Shown here: piece by piece, positions 29,600 to 39,709 of the stretch | Layout: each line of letters opens with the position of its first letter | Numbering within the stretch: the stretch's first letter is position 1 | Source of the DNA: an uncultured Actinomycetes bacterium | GTDB lineage: Bacteria; Actinomycetota; Coriobacteriia; Anaerosomatales; CAWKMJ01 | NCBI GenBank assembly: GCA_963850695.1 | Contig: CAWKMJ010000001.1 | Coordinates: 931,578-995,577 of the forward strand | Direction: 5' to 3' | DNA: 64,000 bases | Notes under the pieces: generated by a model | Databases searched by the model: none | Told to the model about the DNA's origin: nothing | The model's input: only the letters and a program-made list of their open reading frames with translations | Made by a program: the position numbers and the translations under genes

Positions 29600-29805
29600 C
29601 TGCCCACCTCACGGGGTTGCCGGGCTCCTTGGCCGGGAGCCATGGATGCGAACCGCCCAGTGAACGCTTCCCCTCGACCCGAACCCAACTCCTCCGAGTC
29701 TTCTTCCCCATCATATACCTTTAGGAACCTTAATGTTGTGGATTGCGTCACACTTTCCCCCGCGTTCGCCAGGACGTGTCCGAACGTGACGAATGGGGGG
29801 CACAG

Positions 29806-30434
29806 CTACCCGTCTGTGACGCGCACCTTGCGCCCCTCGATGCGCACGCGCTCGGTCGCCAGCCACTGCAGCGCCATCGGGTAGATGCGATGCTCGATCT
29901 CGTGGATCTTGGCCTCGAGCGTCTCGATGGTGTCGTCCTCGGCCACGGCCACGGCCTCCTGGGCGATGATGGGCCCGTCGTCGAAGACCTCGTTGGCGAA
30001 GTGCACCGTCACCCCGGTCACCTTGACCCCGTAGTTGAAGGCGTCATCTGATGCCGGATGCGCCGGGAAACGACGGCAGCAGGGCCGGATGGATGTTCAC
30101 GACACGGTCGGGATAGGCCTCGAGCACCTCGGTGCCGAGCAGTCGCATGTAGCCCGCCATGCACGACGAGGTCGACCTCGTGCTCGTCGAGGATCTCGCG
30201 GATGGCGTGGTTGTAGGCCGAAGGTGCGTCGTACTTGGCGCGGTCGATCCCGATCGCCGGAATGTCCGCCTTGCGAGCGCGCTCGAGTCCGTAGGCGCCC
30301 TCGTGGTTGGCGATGACCACCACGACATCAGCATCGAGCTGCCCGCCTCGGCTCGCATCGATGATCGCCTGGAGATTCGTGCCGCCGCCGGAGATCAGGA
30401 CTCCGATGCGCATCTTCTCTGCCGCGTCACCCAT
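29806..30434 (-). pseudogene. purN: phosphoribosylglycinamide formyltransferase; two frame breaks
   Basis: MRIGVLISGGGTNLQAII (ORF 30018..30434), ..AGYMRLLG..VVNIHPALLPSFPG (30044..30358), ..GVTVHFANEVFDDGPIIAQEAV.. (29806..30021). Confidence 0.85.
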
Positions 30435-31487
30435 AGGTCACGACCCCCGTCCCTTGCTCGATCTCGCCGATCTCGTAGACGGTCTCGCCCGCAGCGCGCA
30501 GGGTGGCCGCCGCATGAGGAGCATCTGATGCCGAGAGGACGAGCGCGAAACCGACACCCATGTTGAAGGTCTTGAGCATCTCGTCAGCGTCGAGCGAGGC
30601 AGCATCGGCGAGCGCGCCGAAGATGGCCGGCTCCCGCCACGAAGCGGGATAGCACGCGCGCATCGCAGTCATCGGGCAGCACGCGGTCGAGGTTCTCGGT
30701 GATGCCGCCGCCCGTGATGTGGGCCATCGCCTTGGGACGGTGCTCGGTCTGGAGCAGCGCCTGGACCGCCCTCACGTAGATGCGCGTGGGCTCGAGGAGA
30801 GCATCGGCGAGCGTGGCGCCGCCGAGATCCACCCGGGCAAGCGCGAGCTCGTCCTCGTGACCCTCGACGAGCACGCGGCGAACGAGCGAGTAGCCGTTGG
30901 AGTGGATGCCTGAGGAGGCAAGGCCCAAGACGACATCGCCCGGGGACACCGTGGAGCCGTCGATGATCCTCGGCTTGTCGACCACGCCGACGCAGAAGCC
31001 GGAGAGGTCGTAGTCATCATCGGGCATGACGCCGGGATGCTCGGCCATCTCGCCGCCGATCAGCGAGCAGCCGGCCTGCGTGCAGCCCTCGGCGATGCCG
31101 GAGACGATGCTTGCGACCTTCTCGGAATCGAGCTTGCCGATGGCGATGTAGTCGAGGAAGAACAGCGGCTCGGCGCCGGTGACGAGGATGTCGTTGGCGC
31201 ACATGGCCACCAGATCGATGCCCGACGGTGTCGTGTCGGTCGAGGAGCTGGGCGAGCTTGAGCTTGGTGCCCACGCCATCGGTTCCGCTCACCAGGATCG
31301 GCTCGGCCATCTCCTTGAACGCCGCTGCCGAGAAGAGTCCGCCGAAGCCACCGATGTCGCCGATGACCTCGGGGCGATAGGTCGACTGGACCTTGGCACG
31401 GATGGCATCGACGGCACGCGCGCCCTCCGACGTGTCCACGCCGGCGTCGGAGTAGGTGGTGGGTCGATCGTTGTTCTCGTCAGTCAT
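30427..31487 (-). pseudogene. purM: phosphoribosylformylglycinamidine cyclo-ligase (AIR synthetase); two frame breaks
   Basis: [30 protein letters not shown] (31017..31487), ..[48 protein letters not shown] (30584..31279), ..FNMGVGFALV.. (30427..30672). Confidence 0.9.
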
Positions 31488-31508
31488 GGCGCCCCCTCGC
31501 CCCTGATT

Positions 31509-32999
31509 CTACCCGCAGCTCTCCAGGCGCAGCTTGCCCGTACGGACCGGCTCGGGAATCTCGATCGGGTAGTTGCCGTCGAAGCACGCCATGCAGTACT
31601 CCTCGGCGGTGCGTCCGGTCGAAGCGACCATGTCATCGATGCTCATGTAGGCAAGCGAGTCGGCGCCGATGAAGTCGCGGACGTACTCGATATCGTGCAT
31701 CGCAGCGATGAGCTGCTCCTGCGTATCGGTGTCGATGCCGTAGAAGCACGGCCAGCGCACGGGAGGTGAGGTGATGCGCATGTGCACCTCGGTCGCGCCG
31801 CCCTCGCGCAGCAGCTCGACGAGCTTGCGCGAGGTGTTGCCGCGCACGATCGAGTCGTCGACGACGACGAGCCGCTTGCCCTCGATCGCATGGCGCATAG
31901 GGTTGAGCTTGAGCCGGATGCCCTGTTGGCGGATGTACTGCGTGGGCGAGATGAACGTGCGGCCGATGTAGCGGTTCTTCACGAGCCCCTCGCCGTACGG
32001 GATGCCTGACTCCTGCGCGTAGCCGACTGCCGCCGGGATGCCGGAGTCCGGCACGCCCATCACGAGATCGGCCTCGACGGGAGCGGAGCGCGCCACCGCG
32101 GCCCCCATGAGCCTGCGTGCCTCATAGAGCGTGCAGTCGTTGAGGACGGTGTCGGGGCGCGCGAAGTAGATGAACTCGAAGATGCACAGGGATGGCTTCT
32201 CGGCAGGTACCGCCTGCTCGGAGCGCAGACCCTTCTCGCTCAGCTTGATCATCTCGCCGGGGGCGACGTCACGGACGAACTCGGCACCGAGGATGTCGAG
32301 CCCGCATGTCTCGCTTGCCACGACCCATCCGATCTCGTCGAGCTTGCCGAGCACGAGGGGACGGACGCCGTAGGGATCGCGGAACGCATAGATGGCGTTC
32401 TCTGTCGTGAGAACCACCGAGTAGGCGCCACGGATGAGCTCCATCGTGTCGCGGATCCCGCTCATGATCGAGTTGTGCTCCTGGGTGAAGTGATCGACGA
32501 GTGTCGCGATGACCTCGGAGTCGGTCGTGGAGCGGAAGCGCACGCCGTTGTCATGGAGCTCGTCACGGAGTTCCGAGACGTTGACGAGGTTGCCGTTGTG
32601 GGCCAGCGCGATGGGCTGCTTGCCGATCGAGGAGAGCATCGGCTGGGCGTTCTCCCAGCTCGTCGATGACCCGGTGGTGGAGTAGCGGGTGTGGCCGATG
32701 GCCACGTCCCCGGTGAGCGTGTCGAGGTCGGACTCTTTGAAGACACGAGAGACAAGGCCGAGGTTCTTGGTGACGGTCACGGTCTCGCCATCGCCAACCG
32801 CGATACCGGCAGACTCCTGGCCGCGATGCTGCAGCGCATGGAGGCCGAAGTAGGTCAGGCGAGCGACATCCTCGCCCGGAGCGTAGACGCCCACGACACC
32901 GCATGCTTCCTCAGGGTGCTCAGGCTTGTCAGCGAGGACCCAGTCCTCGTCTTCGTGGGTGTGGGACGGACGGTCGTGTCCGCAAGATCCCGTGGTCAT
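31509..32999 (-). CDS. purF: amidophosphoribosyltransferase
   Basis: 496 aa, intact. N-terminal nucleophile context ..EEACGVVGVYAP, LQHRGQESAGIA, PRPP-binding VVVDDSIVRGNTS. Confidence 0.9.
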   Translation of the reverse strand: MTTGSCGHDRPSHTHEDEDWVLADKPEHPEEACGVVGVYAPGEDVARLTYFGLHALQHRGQESAGIAVGDGETVTVTKNLGLVSRVFKESDLDTLTGDVAIGHTRYSTTGSSTSWENAQPMLSSIGKQPIALAHNGNLVNVSELRDELHDNGVRFRSTTDSEVIATLVDHFTQEHNSIMSGIRDTMELIRGAYSVVLTTENAIYAFRDPYGVRPLVLGKLDEIGWVVASETCGLDILGAEFVRDVAPGEMIKLSEKGLRSEQAVPAEKPSLCIFEFIYFARPDTVLNDCTLYEARRLMGAAVARSAPVEADLVMGVPDSGIPAAVGYAQESGIPYGEGLVKNRYIGRTFISPTQYIRQQGIRLKLNPMRHAIEGKRLVVVDDSIVRGNTSRKLVELLREGGATEVHMRITSPPVRWPCFYGIDTDTQEQLIAAMHDIEYVRDFIGADSLAYMSIDDMVASTGRTAEEYCMACFDGNYPIEIPEPVRTGKLRLESCG

Positions 33000-33117
33000 G
33001 TGCGTGGTGTGCTCCTCGGCGCGATCGAGGCGCTGCTGACCGGCCTAGGATACCACGCTGTGAAGGCCTACTCGGTGGCGCTGACCGCGTAGCCGAGCGG
33101 AGCTCATGCCCGCGCGC

Positions 33118-33833
33118 CTACTCGGTAGCGCTGACGGCGTAAGTGTCGCCGATGGAGCCGGTCGACTCCCCCTCGGCGTCCACGAACTCTGACACGAAGA
33201 CATCACCTGCGAAGTCGTAGGTGGGCGACAACTGACCGCCGAGGCGGACCACGCCGGTATGTGGGTACGGGTCCCAGCGCTGATCGAGGGGCTCACCGGG
33301 TCGCGAGAGTGTCTCATCGACGGCTCCCTGCGCATCGATCCATCCACTGGCGTTCACGGTGCCGCTGAAGCTCCCGCGCTCCCACAGGTAGTCGGTGTCC
33401 GGATAGCCGGGCGGCATGTTCGTGTAGGAGCCGCCCACAGTGCCGTCCACCGTGCCGTCCGCGTGAACGTTGATCGTGATGTCGAACGCGGGCTGCTCGT
33501 ACTCGTTGATGAGCTTGCCGGCAAGCGTGGCATCGCGGACGACGAACCGGCCGGCTCCTCATCGCCGGACAAGCCGCTCATCCCGTCGTACATACCGCCA
33601 CCCGACGAGTCGGTGTCCGCAGCCTGAGTTGCGGGTGTGGAGGACTGCTGGGCCTGCTGCATCTGCGAGGCGAGCTGGCTGGCTCTCTCGCCGTGCGAGA
33701 GCGCGGTGATCGCGTCGTAGCTGAAGAGCGTGCCAGCGGCGACCGTCACGACGATCGCGCCGGACGCAAGGCCCGCTGCTACCTTGGCGCCCAGCGCAGT
33801 CGTCCCTGCCGCTCCTGAGCCGCCAGCCATCAC
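33118..33833 (-). pseudogene. membrane-anchored extracytoplasmic protein, hypothetical; one frame break near 33540
   Basis: The GTG start at 33833 overlaps the upstream stop (GTGA). TM helix AAGLASGAIVVTVAAGTLF (ORF 33354..33833) joins ORF 33118..33450 through ..FVVRDATLAGKLINEYEQPAFDITINVHADGTVDG... Confidence 0.55.
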
Positions 33834-35188
33834 TCACCACCCTCTGGATCGCCCTCGGTCGCCCAGGAGCACGGCGGGAGCGTGACCTCGCCCTTCGCAG
33901 CCAGGTCGTAGCCCAGCGTGACCGTCATGACAGTCGGTGCCTTCTCGCTCGAGGTCAGGTTGCCCTCGGCGTCGAAACGTTCGAACGTTGCGGTGCCCTC
34001 GAGTGAGAATGTGATGGGATCGCCCTTCGTGGGCACGCCATCAACGTCTTGGGCCGGGAACACCGCTGTCACGACCTGCGCCTCGCCCTCGGTCTTGTAC
34101 GCCACCGCGATCGTGCCATCGAGCGTGAGCATCCCAAGGTTCTCATCGCTGGCATCGACCTTGAGCTCCCCGTACCTTCCAGGTACTCGCGATCGCCCTT
34201 GAGCGTGATGTAGGTCATCTCGATCTCACCCGGCAGCACCATGCCATCTTCGGCCGGCGCCGTCTCTGTCTCGGGCTGAGCCTCCGGCTTGTCTGGAGTC
34301 TCGGCAGCGATCTCGGCCACGATGCGGTCGACCTCGGCCCGCCAGTTGCCCTTGAAGAAGTCCTTGTTGTTGCGGAGTTCCTCCTTGAGCGCCGTCTTGA
34401 GACGGTCGCGCAGCTCGCCGTCGGGATCCTCGAGTCCCTTGGCCCCGAGGAGTCTGCTCGCGTCGTTCTCGATGATCGTGTCGATCACGACGCCGGGATC
34501 CATCCCACCCTCAAGGAACTTGATGATGATGTTGGGATCGATCAGTCGCTTGACCTCTTCGGCCAGCTCATGAATGACGATCTTCTTCGCTCCGCCGAGA
34601 AGCCGCATGAGGACTGACTTGCCGAGGAGCTTGGCCACATCGTCGTTGTTGACACTGGCGGCGCGGCTCCTCGAGCGCGGTGGCCATGCGCCGATGTGTG
34701 TCCTGCAGCAGACGCACCTCGACGAGCTCTGTGACGTCGCCCGCCTGCGGGTTCTTCTTGATCTCGCCGGCGAGCTGCTCGTACTCCTTGGCCATCTGGG
34801 CGTGGTAGTGCGCGTCATCGAGGTAGGCCTGTTTGAGTTTGTCGCGGCTCTCATCCAAGAACTTGATGTCCTCGACGACCTTCTGTACCTCTCTAGCGCG
34901 CGCGAAGATGCGGCCGAGCTCGCGGTTGGTCAGCATGCGTCCGGCAAGCCATCCGGCCGCAACGGGGCCCAGCACCGGTCCCATCCACTTCGTGGCCCAT
35001 GTCGCGACACGCCCCGGTGCCTGGATGATGAACCCAGCGGCTCTACCCAGGGAGCGCCCTATGTTGCGCAGGAAGTCGAAGGGTCCGGCGAACGCCGGCG
35101 CGGGTACTGCAACGAGGAATACGGCGACGAGCAGCACGAGCGAGATGATGCGGCGCATCCTGAGCATCCGGCGAAGCATGCTAGTCAC
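33830..35188 (-). pseudogene. secreted protein, hypothetical; two frame breaks
   Basis: Signal peptide RIISLVLLVAVFLVAVPAPAFA (ORF 34568..35188), helical middle (34069..34854) and beta-rich C-terminus (33830..34132). Confidence 0.55.
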
Positions 35189-36438
35189 CCGCTCCCGGCT
35201 GCCAGACGAACGCGCCCGTGCGGTCGATGTAGGCTGTCGATCCGTCCTCCAGGATCACCGATCCGAGCTCGCCCTCGAACACGCCGATGTCGGCAAACTG
35301 GGGTTCGATGACCCACGCGCCACTCGTGTCGATGAAGCCGCCCCCGTCTTGCGTGAGCACGCCCGCCAGCCCTTCTGAGAACTCACGAGCGCCGTCATAC
35401 TTCTCCTCGATCACGGTGTTGCCGCTCGTATCGATGTAGCCGCCAAGGTAGTCGGTGGATACCACAGCGAGGCCCTCGGAGAACCCCATCGCGCTCATGT
35501 ACTGTGCTGGGATGACCATCTCGCCGCTGGTGTCGACGTAGCCGAAGAACTCAGACCCTTTCGGCACCACCGCCGCATGGCCCTCAGAGAACGGCATCGC
35601 GAAGTCGAACGTCGGCTCGATCACCCACGCGCCGCTCTTGTCGATGTAGCCGAAGAGCTCGCCGTCCGTACTCACCGGCGCAAGCCCGTCTCCGAACGAA
35701 TCGGCCGACTGGAACGTCGGCTCGATGACCCACGCGCCCGAAGGGTCTATGAAGCCATACGTGTCGCCCTGCAGCACGACTGCGAGTCCCTCGGAGAAGT
35801 CCGCGCCCACCTCGTACTGCGGCTCGATGACCGCCGCACCCGTCTCATCGATGTAGCCGAACTGCGTGAGGTCCTTGCTCAGGACGAGCGCCCGTCCGTC
35901 GTGGAACATCTGTGCGCCGACGTAGTCTGTCTCGAAGACGAGCTGGCCGCTCTCATCGATGTAGCCCGTGTGATCGCCAAGGAAGACGGGGTAGAGGTAC
36001 GGGCCCTCTTCGGCAGGGGTCTCGGTCGCCACAGGATCGGTGTCGGTGTCGGAGGTGGCCGCAGGCTCACTCGCCGTCGCGCTCGGCTCCTCAGAGGGAC
36101 CCTGCGACCAGCGATAGACCCCTCGCGCGCCGATGATGGCGATGCCAACGAGGAACCCCGCGAGCATCGAGAATGCGATGAGGCGACCCCAGCGGATGCC
36201 GCCCTGCGGCTCCCGTGGTGTCGCCGCCGGTTGTGGCACCGCTGCCTGGGGCGGGGCCACCTGCGCCGGCTGCGAAGGCGGTGCTAGGGGCGGAGGTGCC
36301 GGTCTGCTCGGCTTCGTCGGGCTGGACTGGCTGCTCCGGCCCAGTGACAGTGGAACGAGCACCGCGGAGATCGCTGCCGCACGCCTGACAGAACGCATCA
36401 CTCTCGCCAGTCTGGTTTCCGCAGTTGGGACAGAACAC
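35181..36438 (-). pseudogene. zinc-ribbon / TM / WG-repeat (KWG-type beta-propeller-like) protein; one frame break in the Pro/Ala linker
   Basis: GTG at 36438. MFCPNCGNQTGESDAFCQACG (ORF 36091..36438), TM helix LIAFSMLAGFLVGIAIIGA, then at least 7 repeats of G(Y/F)ID.SG..VIEP.(F/Y)..A..FSEGLA.V (ORF 35181..36401). Confidence 0.7.
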
Positions 36439-36440
36439 GC

Positions 36441-37091
36441 CTACTCACCTATCCCTATGGTCTGGACGTAGACGAGGTTACCGCCCTCGATAGCGAAGAC
36501 GGCACGGTCGTTCACGTAGGTTTGGACATCGAATTCGCCGAGGAGTTCGGGCGTCTCGTCGATCTCATCGGCCTCGCCACCGAGCACCGCCATGACCTCC
36601 TCGTATCCCATCTCGAAGTCGAACTGAGTGGGGTCGAGATCGGGATAGACGACGTCATCACCCGGGTTCTCCATCGGGTCGACCGAGACGGCCTTGCCCT
36701 CGACGAAGGTGACCTTCTGCTCGTGCTCGGGGTAGTACCAGATCTCGGTGCGGACGAGTTCTTCGCCATCGCGCGGGAGGTAGGCCACGATGAACTGGTC
36801 CGGTGGCCCGAAGACGTCGGCCACCTCGTCCTCGACCGCTTGGGCTTCGGCTGGGGCGTCTGCGGCGGCAACCGGCTCGGGATCCTCGGCCGGAAGCAGC
36901 GCGAAGACGAGCATCGTGCCGAGACAGCCGAGCAGCACGAACGCCGCGACGACGATGGCGACTATCAGGCCGGTCCGGCGGCGCGGTTGCGCGGCAGCGC
37001 TCTCGAGCTGCGCGCCGCACTCGGTGCAGAATCCCCCCGAGTCGAACGAGGCGCCGCACTGCGGACACGTGTACCCAGTGTCGGCAGACAT
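36441..37091 (-). CDS. zinc-ribbon / single-TM protein with extracytoplasmic domain, hypothetical
   Basis: ATG at 37091 (MSADTGYTCPQCGASFDSGGFCTECGAQL), TM helix GLIVAIVVAAFVLLGCLGTMLVFALL, acidic C-terminal domain. No frame break seen. Confidence 0.65.
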   Translation of the reverse strand: MSADTGYTCPQCGASFDSGGFCTECGAQLESAAAQPRRRTGLIVAIVVAAFVLLGCLGTMLVFALLPAEDPEPVAAADAPAEAQAVEDEVADVFGPPDQFIVAYLPRDGEELVRTEIWYYPEHEQKVTFVEGKAVSVDPMENPGDDVVYPDLDPTQFDFEMGYEEVMAVLGGEADEIDETPELLGEFDVQTYVNDRAVFAIEGGNLVYVQTIGIGE

Positions 37092-37173
37092 GCGATTCCC
37101 TCCCCACAACAGTGTACCCGACGCCCGGGTGCCAGCGCGGCTCTCACCTCGCGTATCATGCTCAGTGGGGGGT

Positions 37174-38265
37174 GTGCGCGTGCGAAGGATACTCAGACTC
37201 ATCAACGAGGTCTCGCTCGGCTGGATGCTCGTCGGCCTCACCTTGGTCATCCTCGGCTTCGCCGGGATCTACTGGGCGTTCGGCGTCTTCGGCGTGGGAA
37301 TGCTCGAGTTCACGAGCGGTACCCAGCGCGACGTCAACTTCTGGGACGCGCTGTACTTCTCACTCGTGACGGTCTCATCGCTGGGCTACGGCGACATCCG
37401 CCCCGTGGGCTGGACGCGTCTGCTCGTGGGTGCCGAGGTGATCATCGGTCTGTCATTCTTCGGCCTGCTCGTGGCCAAGATCTCATCGGTGAAGCAGGAC
37501 TACATCCTGCGGCGCATGTACTACTCCGAAGTGATCGACGGGCGCCTGAAGGAGTTCGCCGACGAGCTCGACGAGAAGCTCAAGCTCTACCGCATCACGT
37601 CGAACATGCTGCTCTCCGGCGACATCGATCCCGAGCTCACCTACACGTTCAAGGCCGACGTCAAAGAGACGACGTTCTTCTTCCAGGTGCACAGCCTGCT
37701 GCGCGAGATCAACGAGCTCGTCGAGTTCGAGATCCACAACGGGGACTTCTTCGGTGACGTGTCCGACACGACCATGAGCCGGATCCTCGCCTCGATACAG
37801 GGTCTGCTCGACCACACGCTGCGCATCACCGAGCGAGACCTCGAGAGCGCATGCGAGCACGTTCTGTGCGGCAACGAGAAGCTGCTTGAGGAGATCAACG
37901 ACCTGGCCGAGGAGCTCGCCATGCTCGGCCAGCGCCACTCCAAGAACGAGGAGATCGTCGAGCAGTGCGAGCGGATCGAGGAGCTCGTGGGGCAGGTGCG
38001 TGGGGTAGCGACCGCACGCAGCTTGAGGCGGCCGGACCGGCCGGGATGTAGAGCGCGCGGAGCTGCAGGCTCCCGGGCGAGACTCCTAGGGTTCCAGCGC
38101 GTCGTCGATATCCCCCATCGTGCCCGCCTCGATGCTCGCCGGACCGCCCAGTGTCCAGCACTGATCGATATCGTAGGTGTGGTCGTGGAGGAAGCGTCGG
38201 CTCACCGAAGGCAGGTAGTCGGTGCCGGTGAGAACGAGGCACCCTTGCCGCAGACCGAGTGCTGA
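37174..38265 (+). CDS. 2-TM potassium channel with large helical cytoplasmic domain (3' end uncertain)
   Basis: GTG at 37174. M1 helix LGWMLVGLTLVILGFAGIYWAF, pore helix plus filter ALYFSLVTVSSLGYGD, M2 helix LLVGAEVIIGLSFFGLLVAKI. The in-frame stop at 38265 would overlap the convergent gene by about 180 nt. An alternate-frame TAG near 38006 suggests an indel near the end. Confidence 0.7.
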   Translation: MRVRRILRLINEVSLGWMLVGLTLVILGFAGIYWAFGVFGVGMLEFTSGTQRDVNFWDALYFSLVTVSSLGYGDIRPVGWTRLLVGAEVIIGLSFFGLLVAKISSVKQDYILRRMYYSEVIDGRLKEFADELDEKLKLYRITSNMLLSGDIDPELTYTFKADVKETTFFFQVHSLLREINELVEFEIHNGDFFGDVSDTTMSRILASIQGLLDHTLRITERDLESACEHVLCGNEKLLEEINDLAEELAMLGQRHSKNEEIVEQCERIEELVGQVRGVATARSLRRPDRPGCRARGAAGSRARLLGFQRVVDIPHRARLDARRTAQCPALIDIVGVVVEEASAHRRQVVGAGENEAPLPQTEC

Positions 38266-39545
38266 GCCACCTGTCAATGCATCCGGCAGTCTGGCGACCA
38301 CCCCGGTGTTCGCCGCATCCAACATCGGCGGCATGCCGGCGAGCGCCTCGTCCATGATCGCCGCGGCCGTCTCGTAGCGATCGTCTCCCCACACCCGATT
38401 GCTGACTCGGTCTCCCTCCCCAAGCTGCGCCAGCACAGCGTCCGAGACGGTAGCGGGACCGCCACCGACCACCCGGAATCTGAAGTCAGGATCGGCGAGC
38501 ACCGCTTGAGTCTCGGCAGGAATGTGGTCCCGCCCCACCAGCAGGATCGGCCAGCCGGTCGCCACGCACATGGGCGAGAGTGCCAGTGCATCGAAGAACT
38601 TGTCGGGGTCCTCACCGTTGGCGATGAGCGCAGCCTTGTACCCCACCCACGGCCTCATGAAGGTCTCGTTGGGCCGCTCGGTCTGCATGCGTCGCGCGAT
38701 CGTGGCAGCGAGCTCGTAGCGGTTGGCGTTGGGCTCGAGCCGATCAAAGGTCACCCCCGACACAGTCGAGATGTCGGCAAGCACTCCAGGCCCCACCGAG
38801 ACGGGCCCGCCCACGATGTGCACGTAGAACGGCCCGTTCTCCTGCCTTATCGCGCGCAGTGCCTCGATCACTTGGGACGGCGCGGAGTCGCTCTGGACGA
38901 GGAAGATCGGCGCGCCATACGCGTACGATAGCCCCGCTGCCGAGAGGGGATCTGCTGCAGCTCGGTCCTCCCCGCTCGCGATGACCACGTGATTCACGTT
39001 GCGCCAGCCAGGGAAGTTCTCCTCGGCGATTGTGACCGCCGTGGTGTACCGGTCACTGCCCCACAGGCGTTCGATGTCGGTCGATGCCCGCGGTGCAGGC
39101 CACTCGGCGACGCCATACAGGTAGTAGCCTCCCGCACCGCTCGTCACTGCTCGCCGGACGCGCACGTAGTACCAGCCCGTGGTGGGTGCGACGTACTCAA
39201 TCGTCTCGTGGCTGGTACCAGGCGTCACCGACAGGTCCACCGGCGGAGCGGAGAAGTCCTCTGCGTGGGGCGGGTAGAGGAGGAGTTCGTAGTCGGTACC
39301 GACTGCGCCGCCGAGGTCGAACCTGGCGTCCTGGCCGGCCAGAAGGTACATCCGATGGACGCTGTCCGGCTGCGACGCCGTGAGCTCATCGACCGTGCCG
39401 GAGCACAGGGGCCGGCCGGGTATCGTGCTCGGATCGAGGTAGAGCCGACCGCCGACAATGGCAGGGCGGCGGAGGTGAGCAGCGCAGCGCACAGCATGGC
39501 GGCAAACAGCCCGCCTGAGACGCCGCGCGTACCTGCGGCTCTCAT
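38086..39545 (-). pseudogene. surface protein: PPC-like (pre-peptidase C-terminal) domain + 3 CWB2 repeats; one frame break near 39450
   Basis: ATG at 39545 follows GGGGGCGAGGGAG. Signal peptide GGLFAAMLCAALLTSAAL (alternate frame) joins ORF 38086..39651. PPC-like segment DSVHRMYLLAGQDARFDL..DYELLLY..GWYYVRV. CWB2 repeats GSDRYTTAV.., NANRYELAA.., GDDRYETAA... Confidence 0.75.
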
Positions 39546-39709
39546 CTCCCTCGCCCCCTTGGCATGCCGAGACGGACTCGGCCGTACCAGGTTCATACCC
39601 ACGTTCGACACGACTGCAAGCCGACCCGATGCGCACGGATCCGCAGGGCACTCTCCTCGCGACTTCCTCGACGATGTCCCCGACATGACGATGAGCCGGG
39701 CCCGCCGAG

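Noticed and set aside
38029-38043. CGGCCGG-A-CCGGCCG palindrome as a bidirectional terminator between the K+ channel and the convergent CWB2 gene
   Set aside because: The effective stem is only about 5 bp with a 3-nt loop and no T-tract. In the current frames it also lies inside the channel ORF.
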